From the NCBI GenBank assembly GCA_030141605.1, contig JAQGDQ010000285.1, positions 198,002-262,001 on the forward strand: DNA of 64,000 nt, written 5' to 3'. The stretch is from Tubiluchus corallicola (Eukaryota; Animalia; Priapulida). Shown piece by piece: positions 15,001 to 30,000 of this stretch (positions are counted from its first letter, which is position 1; the number at the start of each line of letters is the position of its first letter). Under the pieces are notes generated by a model. The model searched no databases, had not been told where the DNA came from, and was given only the letters and a program-made list of their open reading frames with translations. The position numbers and the translations under genes are program-made.

Positions 15001-18000
15001 CAACAATCACAATGACAGAAATGGCAACACAGCAACACAAAGCAATGGGGTGTACCTCACAGGTCGCTGTAATTTGTTAAATATGTGTAACAATCTATTA
15101 CTGCAAAATTTATTCCAAGTTAGTTGTTATTATGTAACCACAGTAAAGTTAAACACATTTTTGTAACAAAGTTATTTATTAAACAGAAACTGTTTGTCAA
15201 GTAAATAAAGGTGTTTCATTCAACTGACATGAATAAAAAATAAGAATAAAGCTCAAACAAAACAACACAGACTCGTTAAATCCACAGCTTATCCACACCA
15301 CACACCACTACATCGCATTTCGGAGTCATCAGAAGGAACCTGGACCAGGATTCGCATTTCGGCTGCTCTTCACTTTCCTCCATCAAAGACACCTAATTGG
15401 GCTCTTCTAGTTACAGCGATTGTTTGATTCCATAGCAGACAGGGCCAGGGACAATTAATGTTTATTTATAAATAAACTGCTGGTCTAAGCTGTTGCTAGC
15501 TGACTTGACAACTTTTGATTACTGACTTACAAGCCTTTCATATTATACTAGATGCAAATTGTCTATTAAGTACTAAACCAGAAGTTGCAGTTATAATTCT
15601 ATGCACATTCAAGCCCTCATGTTTACATTGGGCATTAGCACTGATTTTTGTAACAAGACTACGTTTCCCGTTCATTATCACTTATTCTGGGTTTTGGTTT
15701 TGTATAAAACCAAAGGTGTGAAATGATCCATTTATTGACCAGAAAACAAGTGAAGACCGACAAATATGATTACTTGTTAGAAAAATGAGACTGCGATCAA
15801 GCCATGTTTAACAATTGCGGATGGCAACAACAAGTTTTTGGACAGCTATTATTTTGCTGCTATTTATTTGTAATCCATATTTTTATTTATTGTCAGACAT
15901 ATTAACTTGTTTGTAGCAGAAACACTTCCACCTGAAGTAACCCTCCCACCAGGAATAACCTTACCACCAGGTGTGACCCTTGTAACTTTGCCGCCAGGAG
16001 TTACTCGAGCTCCAGATGCTACATTGCCACCTGGAGTTACACTTCCTCCTGGAGTAACACTGCCTCCAGGTGTAGATATAGTAACTGAGGCACCAGAGGA
16101 AACTCTTCCACCAGAAGTAACCCTTCCACCAGGTGTAACTTTGCCACCAGGTAAGATGACGTCGCACTACATTTTTAAAGCAAAGCACCACTCCGAGACA
16201 GGAGCCCAAGCTACAGTGAAAATCACTTTAGTTTTTTGCTAAAAATCAGTTTTCTCTATATTCTGCATTCTCGATTTCTGATTTATTTAGTGTTGACTTG
16301 TAAACTGTATGTTGTTTTTCTTTTTCTGGAATAGTTTGGTTTATGTTTTACATTCATTATTACTTTAGTTTTGTTATTATTTCCTCTCTTTTTTTATTTC
16401 GATCAAATTCCGTTTCAATAATTGTTTATTTCATGCATTATTCATTCATATGTTTTCATGGCTTTAGATAATTTTAATTTATTGATATTTTAGTGTTTTT
16501 TGATACACACCCTCAACTTTTTTGTTTCTTTTGTACCTTACCAGTTTTTGGTTTTCTTTTTACATGTTATTTTTAGTGTCTGTATTACCTTTTTCAGTAT
16601 TCTCTTATATTTCTCTGTTTTTGTAAGGCTTTTTGGGCAGGGTTTATTTTCAGAAATCAAATTATTTTAGGAGTTACACTTGTCACCTTGCCACCAGGGG
16701 TAACTCGTGCTCCAGATGCTACATTACCTCCAGGAGTAACACTTCCTCCTGGAGTTACATTACCTCCAGGTGTAGACATAGTCACAGAGGCACCAGAGGA
16801 GACACTCCCAACAGAAGTAACACTTCCGCCAGGTGTAACATTGCCACCTGGTAAGTTTTCATCAGCATTTTTATTTTCCACACATCTATTTTTTTGAATT
16901 ATTTTGAATAGTTTATGCCTTTGTGGTATTCTTTGTTACACATTGAATGATAACATACCTTTCACAATTTTTTTTGGCTTACGGAGTGTACATTATATTG
17001 CTTTTTTTACTACATTTTACACAGTTATTTTTATCTTACCTTTTTACTATTGTCTAGTTATTCAGCTGGTGCTTTTAGAAGCAATTTATTTTTAGGAGTA
17101 ACACTTGTCACACTACCACCAGGAGTTACTCGAGCTCCAGATGCTACCCTGCCTCCAGGGGTAACACTTCCTCCGGGGGTAACACTGCCGCCAGGTGTAG
17201 ATATAGTAACAGAGGCACCCGAGGAAACATTTCCACCTGAAGTAACCCTTCCACCTGGTGTAACTCTGCCACCGGGTAGGCCAGTTATTATAACAGCACA
17301 ATTTATTTTAATTTTTCTTTATTTTACTTCATTGGTTAACACTAATTCTTATTGCATTCTTTATTGCAGCTATAATAATTTGATTTTTGGATGATTTCAT
17401 TTATTTTATATTTACATGTTTTTATATTTGTCACGTATTATTTATTTGTTTATTTGTTTATTATAGAAACCTACAGCCACATATTATATAACTCTTCTTG
17501 TATTTGTTTTATATTGATGTAGCACACTGTCTATGTTTATTTAAGCAAATATTTTATTTATTTTTTATTTATTTCTACCTTTCTGCAGTGTTTATTTTGG
17601 AATCATTCATTTTTAGGAGTGACTCTTGTTACATTACCACATGGAGTGACTCGCCCTCCAGATGCTACATTGCCACCAGGTGTAACACTTCCTCCAGGGG
17701 TAACCCTTCCTCCAGGTGTAGATATAGTAACAGAGGCACCAGAAGAGACACTACCACCAGAAGTAACTCTTCCGCCAGGCATAACTTTACCACCTGGTGT
17801 GACACTTGTCACACTACCCCCAGGAGTTACTCGTGCACCAGATGCTACATTGCCTCCAGGAGTGACACTTCCTCCAGGGGTAACACTACCACCAGGTGTA
17901 GATATAGTAACAGAGGCACCAGAGGAGACACTGCCTCCAGAAGTAACCCTTCCTCCAGGAGTAACATTACCTCCAGGAGTGACCCTTGTCACACTACCCC

Positions 18001-21000
18001 CAGGAGTTACTCGTGCACCAGATGCTACATTGCCTCCAGGAGTGACACTTCCTCCAGGGGTAACACTACCACCAGGTGTAGATATAGTAGCAGAGGCACC
18101 AGAGGAGACACTGCCTCCAGAAGTAACCCTTCCTCCAGGAGTAACATTACCTCCAGGAGTGACCCTTGTCACACTACCCCCAGGAGTTACTCGTGCACCA
18201 GATGCTACGTTGCCTCCTGGTGTGACACTTCCGCCAGGTGTAACCTTGCCTCCAGGTGTAGATATAGTAACAGAAGCACCAGAGGAGACACTTCCGCCAG
18301 AAGTAACTCTTCCACCAGGTGTAACTTTACCACCAGGAGTGACCCTTGTCACACTACCCCCAGGAGTTACTCGTGCACCAGATGCTACATTGCCTCCAGG
18401 AGTGACACTTCCTCCAGGGGTAACACTACCACCAGGTGTAGATATAGTAACAGAGGCACCAGAGGAGACACTGCCTCCAGAAGTAACCCTTCCTCCAGGA
18501 GTAACATTACCTCCAGGTAGACCTGTGATTATATCTAATCCATATTTCTGGATTATCCATATCTAATCCATATATAATCCGTTTTTCTTTGTTTCATTTT
18601 TGTGCATCATTTTTGGATGATGTTATAGTTGTTTTACTTTTTATTTGATTTGATTTAATTTTATATTTAACATATCTTTGTTTTTATTGCATGCTTTACA
18701 ACTTTTCCCCGCTATGTGTTTGGTTTGTTACTATATATATTTTATGCTCGTACATAGTTTTTTATTTTTGCCTATTTTTATTTTGGCTTTCTTTATTTTT
18801 TGTAGCTTTTTAGCTGAGTTTATTTTGCAATTCCTTTATTTTAGGAGTAACACTAGTTACACTACCACCCGGAGTTACACGACCACCAGATGCTACATTA
18901 CCTCCTGGAGTAACACTGCCTCCTGGAGTTACACTACCACCAGGTGTAGATATAGTAACAGAGGCACCAGAGGAGACACTGCCACCAGAAATAACCCTTC
19001 CACCAGGTGTGACTTTGCCACCAGGGGTGACACTTGTCACACTACCACCAGGGGTTACTCGTGCACCAGATGCTACATTGCCACCAGGAGTGACACTTCC
19101 TCCTGGAGTTACATTACCTCCAGGTGTAGACATAGTCACAGAGGCACCAGAGGAGACACTACCACCAGAAGTCACTCTTCCGCCAGGTGTAACTTTACCA
19201 CCTGGTGTGACGCTGGTCACACTACCACCAGGGGTTACTCGTGCACCAGATGCTACATTGCCTCCAGGAGTGACACTTCCTCCAGGGGTAACACTACCGC
19301 CAGGTGTAGATATAGTAACAGAGGCACCAGAGGAGACACTGCCACCAGAAGTAACCCTTCCACCAGGTGTGACTTTACCACCAGGGGTGACACTTGTCAC
19401 ACTACCACCAGGGGTTACTCGTGCACCGGATGCTACATTGCCTCCAGGAGTGACACTTCCTCCAGGGGTAACACTACCACCAGGTGTAGATATAGTAACA
19501 GAGGCACCAGAGGAGACACTGCCTCCAGAAGTAACCCTTCCTCCAGGAGTAACATTACCTCCAGGTAGACCTGTGATTATATCTAATCCATATTTCTGGA
19601 TTATCCATATCTAATCCATATATAATCCGTTTTTCTTTGTTTCATTTTTGTGCATCATTTTTGGATGATGTTATAGTTGTTTTACTTTTTATTTGATTTG
19701 ATTTAATTTTATATTTAACATATCTTTGTTTTTATTGCATGCTTTACAACTTTTCCCCGCTATGTGTTTGGTTTGTTACTATATATATTTTATGCTCGTA
19801 CATAGTTTTTTATTTTTGCCTATTTTTATTTTGGCTTTCTTTATTTTTTGTAGCTTTTTAGCTGAGTTTATTTTTCAATTCCTTTATTTTAGGAGTAACA
19901 CTAGTTACACTACCACCCGGAGTTACACGAGCACCAGATGCTACATTACCTCCTGGAGTAACACTGCCTCCTGGAGTTACACTACCACCAGGTGTAGATA
20001 TAGTGACAGAGGCACCAGAAGAGACACTACCACCAGAAATAACTCTCCCACCAGGCGTAACTTTACCCCCAGGGGTGACGCTTGTCACACTACCCCCAAG
20101 AGTTACCCGTGCACCAGATGCTACATTGCCTCCAGGAGTTACACTTCCTCCAGGGGTAACCCTGCCACCAGGTGTAGATATAGTAACAGAGGCACCAGAG
20201 GAGACACTTCCACCAGAAGTAACTCTTCCGCCAGGTGTAACTTTACCACCTGGTGTGACACTTGTCACACTACCCCCAGGAGTTACTCGTGCACCAGATG
20301 CTACGTTGCCTCCTGGTGTGACACTTCCTCCTGGAGTTACATTACCTCCAGGTGTAGACATAGTCACAGAGGCACCAGAGGAGACACTACCACCAGAAGT
20401 CACTCTTCCGCCTGGTGTAACTTTACCACCTGGTGTGACGCTGGTCACACTACCACCAGGGGTTACTCGTGCACCAGATGCTACATTGCCTCCAGGAGTG
20501 ACACTTCCTCCAGGGGTAACACTACCGCCAGGTGTAGATATAGTAACAGAGGCACCAGAGGAGACACTGCCACCAGAAGTAACCCTTCCACCAGGTGTGA
20601 CTTTACCACCAGGGGTGACACTTGTCACACTACCACCAGGGGTTACTCGTGCACCGGATGCTACATTGCCTCCAGGAGTGACACTTCCTCCAGGGGTAAC
20701 ACTACCACCAGGTGTAGATATAGTAACAGAGGCACCAGAGGAGACACTGCCTCCAGAAGTAACCCTTCCTCCAGGAGTAACATTACCTCCAGGTAGACCT
20801 GTGATTATATCTAATCCATATTTCTGGATTATCCATATCTAATCCATATATAATCCGTTTTTCTTTGTTTCATTTTTGTGCATCATTTTTGGATGATGTT
20901 ATAGTTGTTTTACTTTTTATTTGATTTGATTTAATTTTATATTTAACATATCTTTGTTTTTATTGCATGCTTTACAACTTTTCCCCGCTATGTGTTTGGT

Positions 21001-24000
21001 TTGTTACTATATATATTTTATGCTCGTACATAGTTTTTTTATTTTTGCCTATTTTTATTTTGGCTTTCTTTATTTTTTGTAGCTTTTTAGCTGAGTTTAT
21101 TTTGCAATTCCTTTATTTTAGGAGTAACACTAGTTACACTACCACCCGGAGTTACACGAGCACCAGATGCTACATTACCTCCTGGAGTAACACTGCCTCC
21201 TGGAGTTACACTACCACCAGGTGTAGATATAGTGACAGAGGCACCAGAAGAGACACTACCACCAGAAATAACTCTCCCACCAGGCGTAACTTTACCCCCA
21301 GGGGTGACGCTTGTCACACTACCCCCAGGAGTTACCCGTGCACCAGATGCTACATTGCCTCCAGGAGTTACACTTCCTCCAGGGGTAACCCTGCCACCAG
21401 GTGTAGATATAGTAACAGAGGCACCAGAGGAGACACTTCCACCAGAAGTAACTCTCCCACCAGGCGTAACTTTACCCCCAGGGGTGACGCTTGTCACACT
21501 ACCCCCAGGAGTTACCCGTGCACCAGATGCTACATTGCCTCCAGGAGTTACACTTCCTCCAGGGGTAACCCTGCCACCAGGTGTAGATATAGTAACAGAG
21601 GCACCAGAGGAGACACTTCCACCAGAAGTAACTCTTCCGCCAGGTGTAACTTTACCACCTGGTGTGACACTTGTCACACTACCCCCAGGAGTTACTCGTG
21701 CACCAGATGCTACGTTGCCTCCTGGTGTGACACTTCCTCCTGGAGTTACATTACCTCCAGGTGTAGACATAGTCACAGAGGCACCAGAGGAGACACTACC
21801 ACCAGAAGTCACTCTTCCGCCTGGTGTAACTTTACCACCTGGTGTGACGCTGGTCACACTACCACCAGGGGTTACTCGTGCACCAGATGCTACATTGCCT
21901 CCAGGAGTGACACTTCCTCCAGGGGTAACACTACCGCCAGGTGTAGATATAGTAACAGAGGCACCAGAGGAGACACTGCCACCAGAAGTAACCCTTCCAC
22001 CAGGTGTGACTTTACCACCAGGGGTGACACTTGTCACACTACCACCAGGGGTTACTCGTGCACCAGATGCTACATTGCCTCCAGGAGTGACACTTCCTCC
22101 AGGGGTAACACTACCACCAGGTGTAGATATAGTAACAGAGGCACCAGAGGAGACACTGCCTCCAGAAGTAACCCTTCCTCCAGGAGTAACATTACCTCCA
22201 GGTAGACCTGTGATTATATCTAATCCATATTTTGGATTATCCATATCTAATCCATATCCATTTTTCTTTATTTTGTTTTTGTGCATCATTTTTGGATGAT
22301 GTTATAGTTGTTTTACTTTTTATTTGATTTGATTTAATTTTATATTTAACATATCTTTGTTTTTATTGCATGCTTTACAACTTTTCCACGCTATGTGTTT
22401 GGTTTGTTACTATATATATTTTATTCTCGTACATAGTTTTTTTATTTTTGCCTATTTTTATTTTGGCTTTCTTTATTTTTTGTAGCTTTTTAGCTGAGTT
22501 TATTTTGCAATTCCTTTATTTTAGGAGTAACACTAGTTACACTACCACCCGGAGTTACACGAGCACCAGATGCTACGTTACCTCCTGGAGTAACACTGCC
22601 TCCTGGAGTTACACTGCCACCAGGTGTAGATATAGTGACAGAGGCACCAGAAGAGACACTTCCACCAGAAGTAACTCTTCCACCAGGTGTAACTTTACCA
22701 CCTGGTGTGACGCTGGTCACACTTCCCCCTGGAGTTACCCGTGCACCAGATGCTACTTTGCCTCCAGGAGTGACACTTCCTCCAGGGGTAACTCTGCCTC
22801 CTGGTGTAGATATAGTAACAGAGGCCCCAGAGGAGACACTTCCACCAGAAGTAACCCTTCCACCAGGTATAACATTACCACCAGGTGTAACACTTGTCAC
22901 ACTACCTCCAGGAATTACTCGTGCACCAGATGCTACATTGCCTCCTGGAGTTACACTTCCTCCAGGGGTAACACTACCACCAGGTGTAGATATAGTAACA
23001 GAGGCACCAGAGGAGACACTGCCACCAGAAGTGACACTGCCGCCAGGTGTAACTTTGCCACCAGGTAGCTTCTTTAATGTTAAGCTCCTGTGACTGTTTT
23101 TGTGCAGAATTTGCTTTATTGATTTTTTTATTATTTTGCTTTAACCTGATTTCAGTTTATTTATATTTAACAGATTTACGCTTATTTGAAACTTACATTG
23201 TTGTTTTATTACTTAATTTTTAATTATCTTTGCTTACCATTATTACACTTACTCACTCTTTTTGAAAGATAAAGAATTTTAACTATAACAGTTATGACAT
23301 TGCCACCGGGGTTAAGTCGAGCTCCTGAGCTACCTTACTTCCAGATGTAACACTGCCTTCTGGGGTTACATTACTTCCTGGTGTATTCAAAGTAACTGAG
23401 GCACCAGAGGATACATTTTCACCTGAAGTAATCCTTCCTCCATGCATTACTTTAGCACTAATTAGGTCTGTACCTACATTGTACAGTTGTACTGTTATGA
23501 TTATGGATTAAACTAGTACACTCATAGAGATCCCACAAAGTAGTGCAATACAGTTGTATGTTGTTTTATTTTAACTTTCTTTATTGTTGATGATTTAGTT
23601 GCTTGAGTTTTCTACACGATTTTATTTACATTGTTTACCTCATTGTTATTTTTTATTGCTTTATACGTGTATATTCCTTAGACATTTCTTTTACATCTTT
23701 TTTAAAATTATTTTGGAATTCTTTAATTTCTAGGAGTAACTCTTGTTACACTACCACCTGGAGTTACTCGTGCTCCTGATGCGACATTACCTCCAGGAGT
23801 GACACTGCCTCCAGGGGTAACTTTGCCTCCAGGTGTAGATATTGTAACAGAGGAACCAGAGGAGACACTTCCACCAGAAGTAACTCTTCCACCAGGTGTA
23901 ACATTGCCACCAGGTGTGACTCTTGTCACTCTACCCCCTGGAGTTACTCGTGCACCAGATGCTACTTTGCCTCCTGGAGTAACACTTCCTCCAGGAATAA

Positions 24001-27000
24001 CCTTGCCTCCAGGTGTAGATATTGTAACAGAGGAACCAGAGGAGACAGTTCCACCAGAAGTAACTCTTCCGCCAGGTGTAACTTTACCACCTGGTGTGAC
24101 GATTGTCACACTACCCCCAGGAGTTACTCGTGCACCAGATGCTACATTGCCTCCAGGAGTTACACTTCCTCCAGGGGTAACCCTGCCACCAGGTGTAGAT
24201 ATAGTAACAGAGGCACCAGAGGAGACACTGCCACCAGAAATAACTCTTCCGCCAGGCGTAACTTTACCACCAGGTGTTACACTTGTCACACTACCCCCGG
24301 GAGTTACTCGTGCTCCAGATGCTACTTTGCCTCCTGGAGTGACACTTCCCCCAGGGGTAACCCTGCCTCCTGGTGTAGATATAATAACGGAGGCACCAGA
24401 GGAGACACTTCCACCAGAAGTAACCCTTCCACCAGGTGTAACTTTGCCACCAGGTGTGACGCTTGTCACACTACCACCAGGGGTTACTCGTGCACCAGAT
24501 GCTACATTGCCTCCAGGTGTGACACTTCCTCCAGGGGTAACACTGCCTCCAGGTGTAGATATAGTAACAGAGGCACCAGAAGAGACACTGCCACCAGAAG
24601 TAACTCTTCCACCAGGAGTAACATTACCTCCAGGTAGACCAGTGATTATATCTAAGCCATACCATTTTTCTTGGTTTCATTTTAATTTCTGTGCATCTTT
24701 TATGGACGACATAACAGTTGTTTGAGTTTTCTATACGATTTGATTTATTTTTATGTTGTTCATATTTTGTTTTGGTCGCACGATATATAACTTTTTTCCT
24801 TGCATGCATTTGTTTTGTTATTATATACATTATGTGCTGGTACATTACATGGTTTTTATTTTGATCTTTTTTGATTTTGGCTTTCTTTATTTGTTGTAGC
24901 TTCTTAGCTGAGCTAGCTTATTTTGCAATTGCTATATTTTAGGAGTAACACTAGTTACACTACCACCCGGTGTTACGCGAGCACCAGATGCTACGTTACC
25001 TCCAGGAGTAACTCTTCCTCCTGGAATTACATTGCCACCAGGTGTAGATATAGTGACAGAGGCACCAGAGGAGACACTACCACCAGAAGTAACCCTTCCA
25101 CCAGGTGTAACTTTGCCACCAGGTGTGACGCTTGTCACATTACCACCTGGAGTTACTCGTGCACCAGATGCTACATTGCCTCCAGGAGTGACACTTCCTC
25201 CAGGGGTAACACTACCGCCAGGTGTAGATATAGTAACAGAGGCACCAGAGGAGACACTGCCACCCGAGGTAACCCTTCCACCAGGTGTGACTTTACCACC
25301 AGGGGTGACACTTGTCACACTACCACCAGGAGTTACTCGTGCACCAGATGCTACATTGCCTCCCGGAGTGACACTTCCTCCCGGGGTAACACTACCACCA
25401 GGTGTAGATATAGTAACAGAGGCACCAGAGGAGACACTGCCACCAGAAGTGACACTGCCGCCAGGTGTAACTTTGCCACCAGGTAGCTTCTTTAATGTTA
25501 AGCTCCTGTGACTGTTTTTGTGCAGAATTTGCTTTATTGATTTTTTTATTATTTTGCTTTAACCTGATTTCAGTTTATTTATATTTAACAGATTTACGCT
25601 TATTTGAAACTTACATTGTTGTTTTATTACTTAATTTTTAATTATCTTTGCTTACCATTATTACACTTACTCCCTCTTTTTGAAAGATAAAGAATTTTAA
25701 CGGTAACAGTTATGACATTGCCACCGGGGTTACGTCGAGCTCCTGAGCTACCTTACTTCCAGATGTAACACTGCCTTCTGGGGTTACATTACTTCCTGGT
25801 GTATTCAAAGTAACTGAGGCACCAGAGGATACATTTTCACCTGAAGTAATCCTTCCTCCATGCATTACTTTAGCACTAATTAGGTCTGTACCTACATTGT
25901 ACAGTTGTACTGTTATGATTATGGATTAAACTAGTACACTCATAGAGATCCCACAAAGTAGTGCAATACAGTTGTATGTTGTTTTATTTTAACTTTCTTT
26001 ATTGTTGATGATTTAGTTGCTTGAGTTTTCTACACGATTTTATTTACATTGTTTACCTCATTGTTATTTTTTATTGCTTTATACGTGTATATTCCTTAGA
26101 CATTTCTTTTACATCTTTTTTAAAATTATTTTGGAATTCTTTAATTTCTAGGAGTAACTCTTGTTACACTACCACCTGGAGTTACTCGTGCTCCTGATGC
26201 GACATTACCTCCAGGAGTGACACTGCCTCCAGGGGTAACTTTGCCTCCAGGTGTAGATATTGTAACAGAGGAACCAGAGGAGACACTTCCACCAGAAGTA
26301 ACTCTTCCACCAGGTGTAACATTGCCACCAGGTGTGACTCTTGTCACTCTACCCCCTGGAGTTACTCGTGCACCAGATGCTACTTTGCCTCCTGGAGTAA
26401 CACTTCCTCCAGGAATAACCTTGCCTCCAGGTGTAGATATTGTAACAGAGGAACCAGAGGAGACAGTTCCACCAGAAGTAACTCTTTAGGTGTAACTTTA
26501 CCACCTGGTGTGACGATTGTCACACTACCCCCAGGAGTTACTCGTGCACCAGATGCTACATTGCCTCCAGGAGTTACACTTCCTCCAGGGGAACCTGCCA
26601 CCAGGTGTAGATGTAACAAGGCCCAGAGGAGACACTGCCACCAGAAATAACTCTTCCGCCAGGCGTAACTTTACCACCAGGTGTTACACTTGTCACACTA
26701 CCCCCGGGAGTTACTCGTGCTCCAGATGCTACTTTGCCTCCTGGAGTGACACTTCCCCCAGGGGTAACCCTGCCTCCTGGTGTAGATATAATAACGGAGG
26801 CACCAGAGGAGACACTTCCACCAGAAGTAACCCTTCCACCAGGTGTAACTTTGCCACCAGGTGTGACGCTTGTCACACTACCACCAGGGGTTACTCGTGC
26901 ACCAGATGCTACATTGCCTCCAGGTGTGACACTTCCTCCAGGGGTAACACTGCCTCCAGGTGTAGATATAGTAACAGAGGCACCAGAAGAGACACTGCCA

Positions 27001-30000
27001 CCAGAAGTAACTCTTCCACCAGGAGTAACATTACCTCCAGGTAGACCAGTGATTATATCTAAGCCATACCATTTTTCTTGGTTTCATTTTAATTTCTGTG
27101 CATCTTTTATGGACGACATAACAGTTGTTTGAGTTTTCTATACGATTTGATTTATTTTTATGTTGTTCATATTTTGTTTTGGTCGCACGTTATATAACTT
27201 TTTTCCTTGCATGCATTTGTTTTGTTATTATATACATTATGTGCTGGTACATTACATGGTTTTTATTTTGATCTTTTTTGATTTTGGCTTTCTTTATTTG
27301 TTGTAGCTTCTTAGCTGAGCTAGCTTATTTTGCAATTGCTATATTTTAGGAGTAACACTAGTTACACTACCACCCGGTGTTACGCGAGCACCAGATGCTA
27401 CGTTACCTCCAGGAGTAACTCTTCCTCCTGGAATTACATTGCCACCAGGTGTAGATATAGTGACAGAGGCACCAGAGGAGACACTACCACCAGAAGTAAC
27501 CCTTCCACCAGGTGTAACTTTGCCACCAGGTGTGACGCTTGTCACATTACCACCTGGAGTTACTCGTGCACCAGATGCTACATTGCCTCCAGGAGTGACA
27601 CTTCCTCCAGGGGTAACACTACCGCCAGGTGTAGATATAGTAACAGAGGCACCAGAGGAGACACTGCCACCCGAGGTAACCCTTCCACCAGGTGTGACTT
27701 TACCACCAGGGGTGACACTTGTCACACTACCACCAGGAGTTACTCGTGCACCAGATGCTACATTGCCTCCCGGAGTGACACTTCCTCCCGGGGTAACCTT
27801 GCCTCCGGGTGTAGATATTGTAACAGAGGCACCAGAAGAGACACTGCCACCAGAAGTAACCCTTCCACCAGGAGTAACGTTGCCACCAGGTAGACCAGTG
27901 ATTATATCTAAGCCATACCATTTTGTTTGTTTCATTTTAAATTTTGTGCATCTTTTGTAGATGATGTAACAGTTGTTTGAGTTTTTTTATATGAGTTGAT
28001 TTATTTTTATATTGATCATGCTTTGTTTTGGTTGCATGTTATACAACTTTTTTCCAACTTATTATATACGTTATGTGCTGGCACACACTTTTTATTTTGA
28101 TGTTTTTTGATTTTGGCTCTCTTTATTTTTTGTCGCTTCGAAGCTGAGCTAGCTTATTTTGCAATTGCTTTATTTTAGGAGTAACACTAGTTACATTACC
28201 CCCAGGAGTTACTCGTGCACCGGATGCTACATTGCCTCCAGGAGTTACACTTCCTCCAGGGGTAACCCTGCCACCAGGTGTAGATATAGTAACAGAGGCA
28301 CCAGAGGAGACACTACTACCAGAGGTAACTCTTCCGCCAGGTGTGACTTTACCACCTGGTGTGACGCTAGTCACACTACCCCCAGGAGTTACTCGTGCAC
28401 CAGATGCTACATTGCCTCCAGGAGTTACACTTCCTCCAGGGGTAACCCTGCCACCAGGTGTAGATATAGTAACAGAGGCACCAGAGGAGACACTGCCACC
28501 AGAAGTAACTCTTCCGCCAGGTGTGACTTTACCACCTGGTGTGACGCTTGTCACACTACCCCCAGGAGTTACTCGTGCACCAGATGCTACTTTGCCTCCC
28601 GGAGTGACACTTCCGCCAGGGGTAACACTGCCTCCAGGTGTAGATATAGTAACAGAAGCACCAGAGGAGACACTGCCACCAGAAGTAACTCTTCCACCAG
28701 GAGTAACATTACCTCCAGGTAGACCAGTGATTATATCTAAGCCATACCATTTTTCTTTTTTTCGTTTTAATTGCTGTGCATCTTTTATGGATGCTATAAT
28801 AGTTATTTCAGTCTTTTATACGATTTGATTTATTTTTATGTTGTTTACACTTTGTTTTGGTTTCATGTTATATAATTTTTTTTCGTTGCATTTGTTATTA
28901 TATACGTTATGTGCTGGTACACAGTTTTTATTTTGATGTTTTTTTATTTTGGCTCTCTTTATTTTTTGTCGATTCTTAGCTGAGCTAGCTTATTTTGCAA
29001 TTGCTTTATTTTAGGAGTAACACTAGTTACATTACCACCTGGAGTTACTCGAGCACCAGATGCTACATTACCCCCAGGAGTAACTCTTCCTCCTGGAGTT
29101 ACATTGCCGCCAGGTGTAGATATAGTGACAGAGGCACCAGAGGAGACACTACCACCAGAAGTAACTCTTCCGCCAGGCGTAACTTTACCACCTGGTGTGA
29201 CTCTGGTCACACTACCCCCAGGAGTTACTCGTGCACCAGATGCTACATTGCCTCCAGGAGTTACACTTCCTCCAGGGGTAACCCTGCCTCCAGGTGTAGA
29301 TATAGTAACAGAGGCACCAGAGGAGACACTGCCACCAGAAGTAACCCTTCCACCAGGTGTTACTTTACCACCAGGGGTGACGCTTGTCACATTACCCCCA
29401 GGAGTTACTCGTGCACCAGATGCTACATTGCCTCCAGGAGTTACACTTCCTCTAGGGGTAACCCTGCCTCCAGGTGTAGATATAGTAACAGAGGCACCAG
29501 AGGAGACACTGCCTCCAGAAGTAACCCTTCCACCTGGTGTGACTTTGCCACCAGGGGTGACGCTTGTCACGTTACCCCCAGGAGTTACTCGTGCACCAGA
29601 TGCTACTTTGCCTCCCGGAGTGACACTTCCGCCAGGGGTAACACTGCCTCCAGGTGTAGATATAGTAACAGAAGCACCAGAAGAGACACTGCCACCAGAA
29701 GTAACTCTTCCACCAGGAGTAACATTACCTCCAGGTAGACCAGTGATTATATCTAAGCCATACCATTTTTCTTGTTTCTGTTTCAATTTCTGTGCATCTT
29801 TTATGGATGATATAATAGTTATTTCAGTCTTTTTTACGATTTGATTTATTTTTATGTTGTTTATACTTTCTTTTGGTTGCATGTTATATAACTTTTTTCC
29901 TTGCATGTGTTTGTTTTGTTATTATATACGTTATATGCTGGTACACAGTTTTTATTTTGATGTTTTTTGATTTTGGTTCTCTTTATTTTTTGTCACTTCC

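Noticed and set aside
15310-15375. Minus-strand CTGATGA...GAAA and GTGAAGA...GAAA hammerhead-like cores
   Set aside because: Stem II and stem I do not pair and the cleavage triplet or C3 is wrong. Similar partial motifs near 50638, 56390 and 61778 also fail.
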